A DNA stretch of 64,000 nucleotides, from NCBI GenBank assembly GCA_025558095.1, contig JAIVFI010000038.1, positions 1 through 64,000 on the forward strand, given 5' to 3'. The translations under genes were made by a program, and so were the position numbers. Under the pieces are notes generated by a model that saw only the letters and a list, made by a program, of their open reading frames with translations, did no database searches and was not told the DNA's origin. This document shows positions 54,686 through 64,000 of the stretch, piece by piece. Every line of letters starts with the position of its first letter. Position 1 is the first letter of the stretch. This DNA is from Hyaloraphidium curvatum SAG 235-1 (lineage: Eukaryota > Fungi > Monoblepharomycota).

Positions 54686-57600
54686 ATGGCGACGGCGGAT
54701 GGCAAATCGCCGCGGCGCGGGCGGCGGAGGGCGGCGGCGGGGTCGGCGCGGGCGGCGCGGCTGCTGCTCGCCCTCGCCGCCCTGTTCGCCCCGCTCCCGG
54801 CCGTGCCCGCGGCCGCTGCCCTGGCGCCCCGAATTCCCCCTTCCGCGTCACTTTCGCTCTTCCTTGCCCTCCTCCTGACCGCCTTCCCGGGGCCCTCCGC
54901 CGCCCAGACCTGCACGGGCGGCCGCGTCGCCTGCTTCGGCTCGTGCGTGTTCACGTCGACGGACCGCACCAACTGCGGGTCATGTGGCGTGACCTGTGGC
55001 TCGGGCCAGTCCTGCTCGGGGGGCTCGTGCCGCCTCGCGTGCCCGGCGGGCCAGACGGACTGCTTCGGCCGCTGCGTGGCCACGGCGACGGACGAGCAGA
55101 ACGTGGGCGCTTCCTCGCCGCACACCGCGATGTGCTGCCCTGGTAACCTGCGTTTCGACAGTGCGGATCGTGCGGGATCGTCTGCGGCTCCGGGCTGACC
55201 TGCTCGGGGGGCTCCTGCTCCCTCTCGTGCCCCTCGGGCCAGGCCAACTGCGGCGGCACCTGCACCAGCCTCTCCACCACCTCCAACTGCGGATCCTGTG
55301 GAGCTGCGTGTGGCAGCGGTCAAAGAGTGGGTTTCCCCGTCCTCCCCGACTCCCACTTTGCTGACCCTCACCCCCGCGAAGTGCACCGGGGGCCGCTGCG
55401 AGACCGTCGACCCCTGCGCCGGCATCTCTTGCGGCACCTTCTCTTCCTGCTCCGGAGGCGCCTGCTCGTGCACCCCGGGGTACGTCTCGGACGCCGGCGG
55501 GCGGGACTGCTACCTCCGCGACCCCTGCGCCGGCGTCTCTTGCGGCTCCTTCTCGTCGTGCTCCGGGGGGACGTGCCGCTGCAATTCGGGGTACGTCTCG
55601 GACGGCGGCACCGGGCGGAACTGCTACCTGCCCGACCCCTGCGCCGGCGTCTCGTGCGGGAGCTTCTCCTCGTGCTCGGGCGGCACCTGCTCCTGCTCCG
55701 CGGGTTACGTCTCCGACTCGGGGGGCCGAAACTGCTACCTCCCCGATCCCTGCGGCGGCGTGGACTGCGGGTCCTTCTCGTCCTGCTCGGGGGGCGCGTG
55801 CAGGTGCAACGAGGGGTACGTCTCGGACTCGGGTGGGAGGAACTGCTACCTGCGCGACCCCTGTTCGGGGGTCGACTGCGGGTCGTTCTCTTCATGCTCG
55901 GGGGGCACCTGCGCGTGCAACGCGGGGTACGTCTCGGACCTGGGCGGGCGCAACTGCTACCTGCGCGATCCGTGCGCCGGCGTCGATTGCGGTTCCTTCA
56001 GCTCGTGTTCCGGAGGCACCTGCTCCTGCGCCCCGGGCTACGTCTCCGACTCGGGGGGCAGGAACTGCTACCTCCGCGACCCCTGCACGGGCATCGACTG
56101 CGGCTCCTTCTCCGCCTGCTCCGGGGGCACCTGCCGCTGCAACCCGGGCTACGTCTCGGACGGCGGCTCGGGCAGGAACTGCTACGCGCCCGACCCCTGC
56201 TCGGGGGTCGACTGCGGTTCGTTTTCGTCGTGCACGAACGGGATATGCACGTGCAATTCCGGGTACGTATCGGAGGGGGGCAATGGGAGGAACTGCGTCG
56301 CGGCGGATCCGTGCAGGGCGGTGTCGTGCCCTTCGGATCGATGGGTTAGTTCCTCGCATAGTCGTGCTTCGATCGCCTCTCACATCCCGCCGCCACCGAC
56401 AGTGCGTCGGCGGCACCTGCGTCTGCGCCGCCGGCCTCGCCGCGTGCGGCGACTCGGGCTGCGTTTCCCTCTCCTCCGACGCCCGCCACTGCGGCTCCTG
56501 CTCCAACGCCTGTCCCGCCGGCCAGTCGTGCAGCTCGGGCGCGTGCACCTGCACCGGCGGGCTCGCTTCCTGCGGCGGCGCCTGCGTCTCGCTCGCCACC
56601 GACAGGGCGCACTGCGGATCGTGCGGATCTCCCTGCCCGGCGGACGCGACGGGGTGCGAGGGCGGGAGCTGCGCGTTCAGGCCGTCGTGCGCGGCGGGGC
56701 AGACCAACTGCGGGTCGGCCGGCGCGCTCGACTGCGCCACGCTGGATTCGGACATCAGGAACTGCGGGGCTTGTGGCAGAGCGTGTCCCAATGGGCAGAT
56801 CGTGGGTTTTCTATTCGGGCCGGGGACGTGACGACTGACTCCCGTTCTTCCGCAGTGCTCGGGCGGGCAGTGCGCCTGCCCCGGCGGCCTCTCCGCCTGC
56901 GCGGGCGGCTGCGTCGCCCTGTCTTCGGACGCGGCCAATTGCGGGTCATGCGGGGCTGCGTGTCCCGAGGGACGCAGCTGCGTGGGCGGGACGTGCTCGG
57001 TGGTCTGCGGGGCGGGAACGGCCGAGTGCGGGGGGCAGTGCGTGAACCTGGCGAGCAATGTGGGCATTCTGCGAGGGTGCCGCGTGCTGCCAGTGCTGAT
57101 TCTCGATCATTCACAGCCCTTCCATTGCGGCACTTGCTCCAATGCGTGCCCCGCCGGCAGCGACTGCTCCGGCGGCACCTGTGTTCTTGTCTGCGGCGCC
57201 GGCACCGCCAATTGCGGCGGGGCCTGCGTCGACACCTCCTCCAGCGCATCTCACTGCGGATCGTGCGGGACTGTCTGCCCGGCCGGGCACGCCTGCGTCG
57301 GGGGGACGTGCCAGCCGGCGCGACTGAGCTGCGCGCAGGGGTCGGCCGAGTGCGGGGGGAGCTGCGTGTCGCTGAGCACGGCCGAGAACTGCGGCGCCTG
57401 TGGCGCTGTTTGCGCGGGGGACTGCACGGGCGGGGTTTGCGTGCCGCGGGCCGTCAGCTCGCCGGCGGCACCGACGCAGACCCTCCGAACGAGCACCAAG
57501 ACGGTGGTGAGCACTCTCCCCGCGGTGGCGGCCTCGACCAGTACCTCGGCCTCGCGGTCCGCCTCGCCATCCCCGACGGCGACAGATTCCAGCGCCGCAA

Positions 57601-60300
57601 TCTTCGCGGCGCTGCCCTCCCGCGCCTCCCTCCCCTCGGGCGCGCAGCCCATCCCCGTCACCACCCCGGCCGCCTACCACATCCGCTCGTCGGCGCGCGG
57701 CGTGGCCTGCCAATCGTCGGGCTGCACCCTGGATCCCAGTGCCTCGGGACGGTACCACCTCGTCTGCGCCGGGGGCAGCGATCCCTCCTGCGGTGTGGTG
57801 ACGCTGGAAAAGGCCGAGGACCGACGACATTGCCTTGTGGCGCGCGGGACTTCGGTCGTGGAGGCCGTGTGCCCGCCGATTGCTGTCCCCTCCCGCTTGC
57901 GGAGGTCGGACGGTGCTGTCGACGCAGATCGGCATGAACTAGAAGCGCGGCAGGCCCAGCTCAACTACCCGTATTGGACGATGTTCATCGCCCCGGGCAA
58001 CGTGACCAAGCTCGTCAACGCCAACGTCGGACATACGGCGGGGTGCCTGCTGGCCAGCCCGCCGCCGTCCAGCGTCGCGATCGGGCCGTGCAACGACTCG
58101 CTTTCCGACGCGTGGTCGCTGATGGCCGCGGAGCCCGAGCCCGTGGCTCAGGGGCCCTCGGCGGGGCTGATCGCCGGGGTTGTCGTGGGCGTCGTCGCTG
58201 CTGGGGCTGCTGTCGGCGGCGCGGTCTTCGTGCTGGTCAGGCGGGGCAAGGCTGCAAAGGAACTGGCACCCGTGGCCCAGCCCGAGATGGTCAAGACGGA
58301 CGGTGGCGATGGGTTCGACGAGAAGCGGCTCTGGTCCGCCGCGGACTCGTTCCAGGATCCCGACCTCCCGGACATGGTCTCGCGGGTCAGCTCCAACCCG
58401 GCGTCCTTTGCCAACAGCGCAGACGCCCTCTTCGCCAAGCTCGACGGGTCTGCCTACGTGGATTCGTCGACCGGCTCTCTGGCCGTGCCGACTCTGAAGG
58501 CCGTGGTTCCGGTGCCCGCGATTCCGATCTCGGCCAGCCAGGATGTCAGCGCCGAGGGCTCGGACACCGCGGCGGTTTTGCAAGTGGACGGTACTCCGGC
58601 CGTCGACGAGGTCTCGGACAGTCTGCACATGCCGCCGGCTGAGGAACGCTTGGCTCTTTCCACCGAGAGGCCTGGGACGATCCTGCCGGCACCGGGATCG
58701 GAGCTTTCGATGCCGCTGTCGGACGCCCTGCCTGACATCACCCGCGATGTGCCGGTCGCCGGCAGCGAGGACCCCACCTCGGACGTGTCAACGGACCCCT
58801 TTGTGGTTCATCGCGTCTTTTGCCTCTACAACCGTGCCGGCGAGGACAGGAAAACCGTGCAGGTGGAGGTGCTGGCGACCGCCATACAGGCCTTCCGGGC
58901 GGGGCGGGCCGACGAGGTCTCCCTGGAAGTCGGGGACAAGGTCTATCTCCAGGTCGCCTTTTCGGACGGATGGGGGGTCGGCACGAACATGAGCAGCGGC
59001 AAGTTCGGCTGCTTCCCGGCCGACTTTCTCAACCTGGGCCTTCCGCCGCCTGTACGCGCGGACGAACGCGACGATTCGTCTTCGATCCGGCCTAGAACTG
59101 CGGACTCTCGCTCCGGCGCCGCCCTGTCGAGGGAAACCCCACGCTCTGCCTCGGCCTTCGAAGCTTCCACGGATTCCTTTCCTCCGCTTTCCGACTCGGT
59201 GGTGTCATCCGCGCCCGCGGCAAACCTCACGGCTCCGAAGCTGCTCCCCCTTCCCCCGCGCGTGGTGTCCCGGAAGCCCGCCGACAGCGCTGCGGGCTCG
59301 CCGACCTCCCCCCTCTCGCCGTCGTCGTTCGGCTTCTCCCTCACCAAACTTCTCGTATCGGAGTCAGACGTCGTTATTGACAGGACCAAGCGGCTGGGCG
59401 AGGGTGGATTCGGTGTCGTCTACGTGGGGCTGCTCCGTGGGCACATGCGGGTCGCCGTCAAGACGATCAAGGGCGAGCTGGACGACAAGATGATGAACGC
59501 CTTCGTCAAGGAAGTGCAGAACTGGGAGGGCCTCGTGCAGCGGAACGGTGGGCCCATTCGTTCGGATGGCGGATGCAGATGCTAACGACACTGCTCCAAG
59601 TTCTGCCCCTCATGGCCTTTTGCGTCTCGCCACCGATGATGGTTATGGACCTGATCAAGGGCGGCAACCTGCGGCAGTACTTGGGCAAGCGGAAATGGGA
59701 CCAGCCCACCGGACGCCGCCTCCTCCTCGACGTCGCTAACGGCATGCTCTACCTGCATTCGATGGGCATTCTACACGGTGACCTGAAGAGGTGGGCATCG
59801 ACCTGGTTCCCGTCTCAACTGAATGCTTACTTTGCTCCCAGCCTGAACGTCCTCGTGGACGGGAGCCGCGCCGTCATCACCGACTTTGGCCTCTCCAAGG
59901 TCCGCCGCGAGGTGTCCAAGCAGTCCGAGGTCGGCAAGGGGCTGGGCGGCACCCCGGGCTTCATCTCGCCCCAGGTGCTTTCCGGAGAGCAGCTCCAGCC
60001 GGCGGACGACGTCTACGCTTTTGCCATGGTGTGCTACGAGGTTGTCTCGCGGGGACGGTATCCGTTCGACGAGGTCGCCAACGCTGCGGCTGTGAGTGTC
60101 TCTGATCCAGCTTCAGCCGAACTCGACGCTGATCTCCCTTCTAGATCATTTACCGAGTTGCTATTGAGCGGAAGCGGCCGTCGCGGCCCGACAAGGTCCC
60201 CGACGCCGTCTGGGATCTGATCACGCGCTGCTGGGCGCACGAACCGGAGGATCGACCGTCTTTCGCAGCCGTGCGCGACGAGCTCGAGAAGCTTGTCTGA
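54686..60300 (+). CDS. Receptor-like kinase: signal/hydrophobic N-terminus, Stig1-like Cys repeats, 8 EGF-like repeats, Ser/Thr stalk, ricin-B-like region, TM, SH3, TKL kinase
   Basis: CxGxCV...DxxNCGxCGxxC repeats; TM LIAGVVVGVVAAGAAVGGAVFVLV (~58168-58240); SH3 (AFRAGRADEVSL...DGWGVG...GCFPADFL, ~58870-59030); kinase GEGGFG, VAVK, HGDLK/SLN, DFG, GTPGFISPQ, DVYAFA, CW...PEDRPSF. Confidence 0.88.
55409..56330 (+). repeat. Coding tandem repeat: 8 full EGF-like units of 111-114 bp plus a partial ninth
   Basis: DPC[AGST]G[IV][SD]CG[ST]FS[SA]CxxGxCxCxxGYVSxxGxxRxC repeated within one exon. Confidence 0.95.
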
Positions 60301-60837
60301 TTCACTGTCTCTGGAACTACTGGTTTTGTCTGCAATTGCCATGTATCTGCGCTCCAATCTCACTTCGTCGATGTTGATGTCGCAGCAAAAGTTCCACTGC
60401 TCTCCTAAGAATCGTCCGACTTCACTCCTGCGGCTGCAATAGGTCTCTCTTCGCTTCTCTCGATCCGCTGGCCCCCCGTCTGCCCGGGCAACCTCCCGGT
60501 CTCGCCGGTAGGAGTGACCGGGCGAATCGTCGTCGGCTCCGGTGAGCAAGGAGAGAAGTTGTCCGAACAAGAGAAGCGTAAGGAGACGGGCATCTAGACC
60601 CATTTTGAAGCCGCCGAACAATTCCCCGTTCTTCCTCTCGAATAGACTATTGCTGTGTGTTGCGCCATTTCCGTCTTGGTGCGCCAAGCCCCGACGAGCC
60701 CAACACGACGGTGGAACGTCCCTGAAGAACGACCCCCGAGGACCCACCAAACCACCACGCCCCCACTTGGGACACACCGGACCCACATCCGGCGGCGGCA
60801 GCACGCTACCAAGCACGCCGCCTCGCAATCCACAACG

Positions 60838-63175
60838 ATGCTGCGAGGTCCAACTGGGCCGGCCGACGCTGCGCCGGCGCGTCGGCGCCACGCCGCTTTG
60901 CCGCTCATGGCCGCCCTGCTGTTCGTCGCGATGCTCCTCTTCGCGGCGCCCGCCCTCGCCGCCGAGCGTTCCTCGTCGCACAAACCGTCGCTGGACGTGC
61001 GGCTCTCGGATCTCGCGGCGCTGCGCATCCCCGCAAACCTCGTCGACCGCGCGACCATCGGCCGCGACCTCGGCCCGGGCGACCTCGATTTTGGCGGTGA
61101 TGCCGTGCTCGGCGCTGGAGGCTTTGGTACCGTGCGCAAGGTCACCGTGATCCCACTGCGGGGCAAGACGGACAGGGTGTTCGCCGCCAAGGGCGCCTTT
61201 AGCCTGGGAGGCAACCCGCAGGATGACTACGCGCGCCACCTCAAGTCCTTCAGCACCGACCATCCTGACGCGCACGAATGGGATAACAACTTCTGGTCGC
61301 GGTTCCGGACGTACCTCTCCGCGGAAAAGCACCTCGGGAAAGCAGAGATGGACCAGCTGTTCGCCACGGCCCAGGAGGACGGAAAGGGCGTCTACGCCGC
61401 CTCACTCTTCGAGATCGAGGCACTGAAGGCCCTCGTCGGGGGGCCGTTCATCCTGCGTTACTGGGGCAGCTACGCGGGGCCGCTACCCCGCAGCGAGTCC
61501 CTCATCCGCGGCATGCAGCGGAGCATGCTCCTAATGACTGTGTGCTCAGGCGGGGACATGTCTAAGTGGTCAAAGGCCGGCACCGTGACGCCGGAGGAGC
61601 AGGCCAGCAAGAAGAAGAACAACGACTTCCTCAAGATGCTGAAGAAGATCGAGGCCGACAAGATCTTGGAAGAAAACGGTCTCTATGCGGACAACGGGCA
61701 GAGCGAACTGGGATCTAGGCGTTTGGTCCGCAGCAGGTTGTTTCGTCGGCAGGACGACGACGACGACCCCGCCGCGGGGGAGGACGAGAGTGGAGATGCC
61801 GAAGGGGACGAGCGGAGCCAGATGACGGGAGCCTAGGCCCCTTCACGGACGCGAAAGCCGCGGCAATGTTCGCGCGCGTGGTGATCGGCGTCGCTTACGT
61901 GCACCAGCGCGGATTCGTTCACAACGACATCAAGGTGAGGGTTGGAATGTGGGGACCAAAGACCATGGAACCGTTGACATCGCCCTGCCTAGGCCTCGAA
62001 CGTGCTCATCTGCTCGGACAACCTCCCCCGTATCATCGACTTCGGCTCAACGCGCACGGTGGACTTCATGCGCGACGGTTTCAACGGGCTCAAGGCCGGC
62101 AAGCCTCGGCCCAACATCGGGCAGACGCCGGGCTATCAGGCCCCCGAGTTCAGCTCGGCGACGATCAAAAAGTTCCCAAATGCCCCGCTCGCAAAGTACG
62201 GATCGGACACATTCGGTGCGACCTTCACTGCTGGGTTCCCGGATGGTTGCTGACCGCTCGGTGTCAGCCCTCGGTCGGATGCTCTACGATCTCTACCATA
62301 TGGGCGACTGGACGGGATCGTTCATGCCGTACCGCAAGGGCGACTTCACCCCCGGATCGTGGGGCAGTGGCAAAGGGCCGTGGTACGAGGGCCCGTACCC
62401 GCGCTTCCCGACCCTGCCCAGGGCGCGCACCAAGGCCGTCATGGATCTCGCCAACAAGCTCGCCGCGTACAAGCTCGCCGACCGCCCCGATTCGCCCGGC
62501 GAGCTGCTCGAGGCCGTGTTCACGTCGGACTACATCCTCGGCAGCGGCGCCCCCGAGTTCCAGGTCGAGGGGGCGACCCCGTTGGCCAAGGCGCAGGCTA
62601 TCATCCAGCGCCTGAACGAGCAGGGGATCGAGGCCGCGACGACGGATAACCAGCTCCTGCCGGGGGAGACTTTCGCCGGGGTCCTGACTGCGTGGAAGAA
62701 GGGCGGCGCCCAGCCGGTGCAGGCCGCCATGAGCCTCATCAAGGACTACCGCTGCGGGACCAAGATCAAGGTCAAGGTCGCGTTGTCCGAGACCTACAAA
62801 GCCCTGTGCATCAACGGCGGCCTGGACCCGGCCACCACGCGGCTGTACTTCAAGCTCTCACCCAAGAGCAAGGCCAAGAAGGGGCGGTCCAAACTGGTGT
62901 CGATCCTCGACGTGCCGGCGTGCGACTTCCTCAGGGACAAGGTGAATCGGTGGTCGCGCAACAACGAGCTGCAAGGGGGCACAGGCAAGGCCGCCCCGAC
63001 GGACATCTCGGTCACGGTCCCGGCGGGCGCCGTGTCGCCGGGGAGCTACTTCCTGTACGGGAAGATAAAGTCGTTCGAGTCGGCCAGGAAGGTCAAGGCC
63101 GCGGGGCAGGAGTACCGGTCGGGCAACGCGGAGGGATACACGAGCGAGGTGCCCGTGGTGGTCGTCGGCTGCTGA
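60838..63175 (+). CDS. Signal-peptide-bearing Ser/Thr (Hanks-type) protein kinase with C-terminal Cys-containing beta domain (copy 1)
   Basis: MAALLFVAMLLFAAPALAA; LGAGGFGTV, FAAK, EIEAL, HNDIK/ASN, IIDFG, TPGYQAPE, SDTF/ALG. Introns 61935-61992 and 62216-62267. The frame change near 61790-61836 needs an intron (GTGGAG..CTAG, 47 nt, restores the frame) or is a frameshift. Confidence 0.8.
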
Positions 63176-63394
63176 TGTACGCAGCCGCATGAAAAATTGG
63201 GCAGTTTTCTTGCAGCACGCATCCTTTACTACACCGACACCCCATTACGAAAACGGTCCCAGGAAACCCGGCAATCATCGATTCCGTTGAGTTCCACCTC
63301 CACCCCTGCCGCCCTCAAGGGGGCAAAAGACTCTACCAATTCTGCAGCTACCAAGCAGCTCTCTGTGTTCTGCCTGCTTTGAATGGCTATCCCT

Positions 63395-63525
63395 TGTGTT
63401 GCGCCATTTCCTCGTCGGTCGCCAAGCCCGGCGGCCGACGGAACGTCCCTGAAAACGACCCTGAGGACCCGCCGAACCCCCACGCCCCAGTTGGGATACA
63501 GCGAACCCACATTCGGGAGCGGCCG
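63395..63525 (+). repeat. Duplicated upstream/promoter segment shared with 60655-60800
   Basis: TGTGTTGCGCCATTTCC...CGCCAAGCCC...GGAACGTCCCTGAA...GAGGACCC...CCACGCCCC...TTGGGA...ACCCACAT occurs ahead of both kinase copies. Confidence 0.85.
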
Positions 63526-63551
63526 TGAGCACTGCCTCTTTGCGATCCGTC

Positions 63552-64000
63552 ATGCGGCTTCAGGGTCCGGGACGACCGGTCGGCGCAGCGGCGGCGCGAT
63601 GCCCGTCGCTCGCCTCCCTTCTGTTCTCCGCGCTCCTCCTCTTCGCCGCGGCCCCGGCTCGAGCGGCCGAGCGCCGGCCCTCGTCGAGCAAGCCATCGCT
63701 CGACGTGCGGCTCGCGGACCTCGCGGCGCTGCGCATCCCCGCAAACCTCGTCGACCGCACCACCATCGGCCACGACCTTGGTCCCGCCGACCTCGACTTT
63801 GGCGGCGACGCTGTGCTCGGCGCTGGCGGCTTCGGCACCGTGCGCAAGGTCACCGTAGTTCCCCTGCGCGGCAAGACGGACCGCGTGTTCGCCGCCAAAG
63901 GCGCCTTCAACATCGGCGGCGACCCGCGCGACGACTTCCTCCGGCACCTCAGGACCTTCCGCGCCGCTCATCCCGACGCTCACGAGTGGGACAACAACTT
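63552..64000 (+). CDS. Second tandem copy of the signal-peptide kinase (runs off the window)
   Basis: MRLQGPGRPVGAAAARCPSLASLLFSALLLFAAAPARAA then KPSLDVRLADLAALRIPANLVDR...LGAGGFGTVRKV...FAAK, nearly identical to copy 1. Confidence 0.85.
   Translation, partial: MRLQGPGRPVGAAAARCPSLASLLFSALLLFAAAPARAAERRPSSSKPSLDVRLADLAALRIPANLVDRTTIGHDLGPADLDFGGDAVLGAGGFGTVRKVTVVPLRGKTDRVFAAKGAFNIGGDPRDDFLRHLRTFRAAHPDAHEWDNN

Noticed and set aside
55409-56330. Non-coding repeat array or CRISPR-like structure
   Set aside because: Units are in-frame multiples of 3 with synonymous variation: coding EGF-like repeats.

Overview
GC-rich, gene-dense eukaryotic DNA with many short (mostly ~50-65 nt) spliceosomal introns, frequent GTGGG/GTGCG/GTGAG donors and CTGAC-type branch points. 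A Zn2Cys6 transcription factor, CBM18 hevein repeats and a GH26 remnant point to an early-diverging (zoosporic-lineage) fungus. A Monoblepharidomycete such as Hyaloraphidium is my guess, not something the sequence proves. The supplied ORF track mostly fragments or misses the spliced genes, so I rebuilt about 30 gene models by hand. They include a P450, a BTB protein, an intron-bearing N,N-dimethylformamidase large-subunit homologue, an SDR, a secreted 4x-hevein protein, an HExxH membrane peptidase, an NhaC-family transporter, an intronless bacterial-type MFS, a C2 protein, a Cys-less lipoamide-dehydrogenase-family flavoprotein, a multi-TM protein, DUF1989, an inverted pair of Bni4/neurabin-like PP1-binding proteins, a Zn-cluster TF, a Reeler-TM protein, an ankyrin protein, a rhodanese, a TauD dioxygenase, an FMO and a delta-12 desaturase. 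A decaying zone at about 23.7-29.3 kb holds three apparent pseudogenes. Highlights: (1) at the right end, a non-RD receptor-like kinase (Stig1-like/EGF ectodomain-TM-SH3-TKL) is followed by a tandem array of signal-peptide-bearing Hanks-type kinases; (2) predicted microexons of 9, 6 and 1 nt in three genes that each also need a GC-AG intron, the 1-nt exon being needed to build the canonical CX2CX6C zinc cluster; (3) several bacterial-looking catabolic or transport genes. No rRNA, tRNA, CRISPR array or recognisable transposon was seen. All homology calls come from motif recognition, not database searches.
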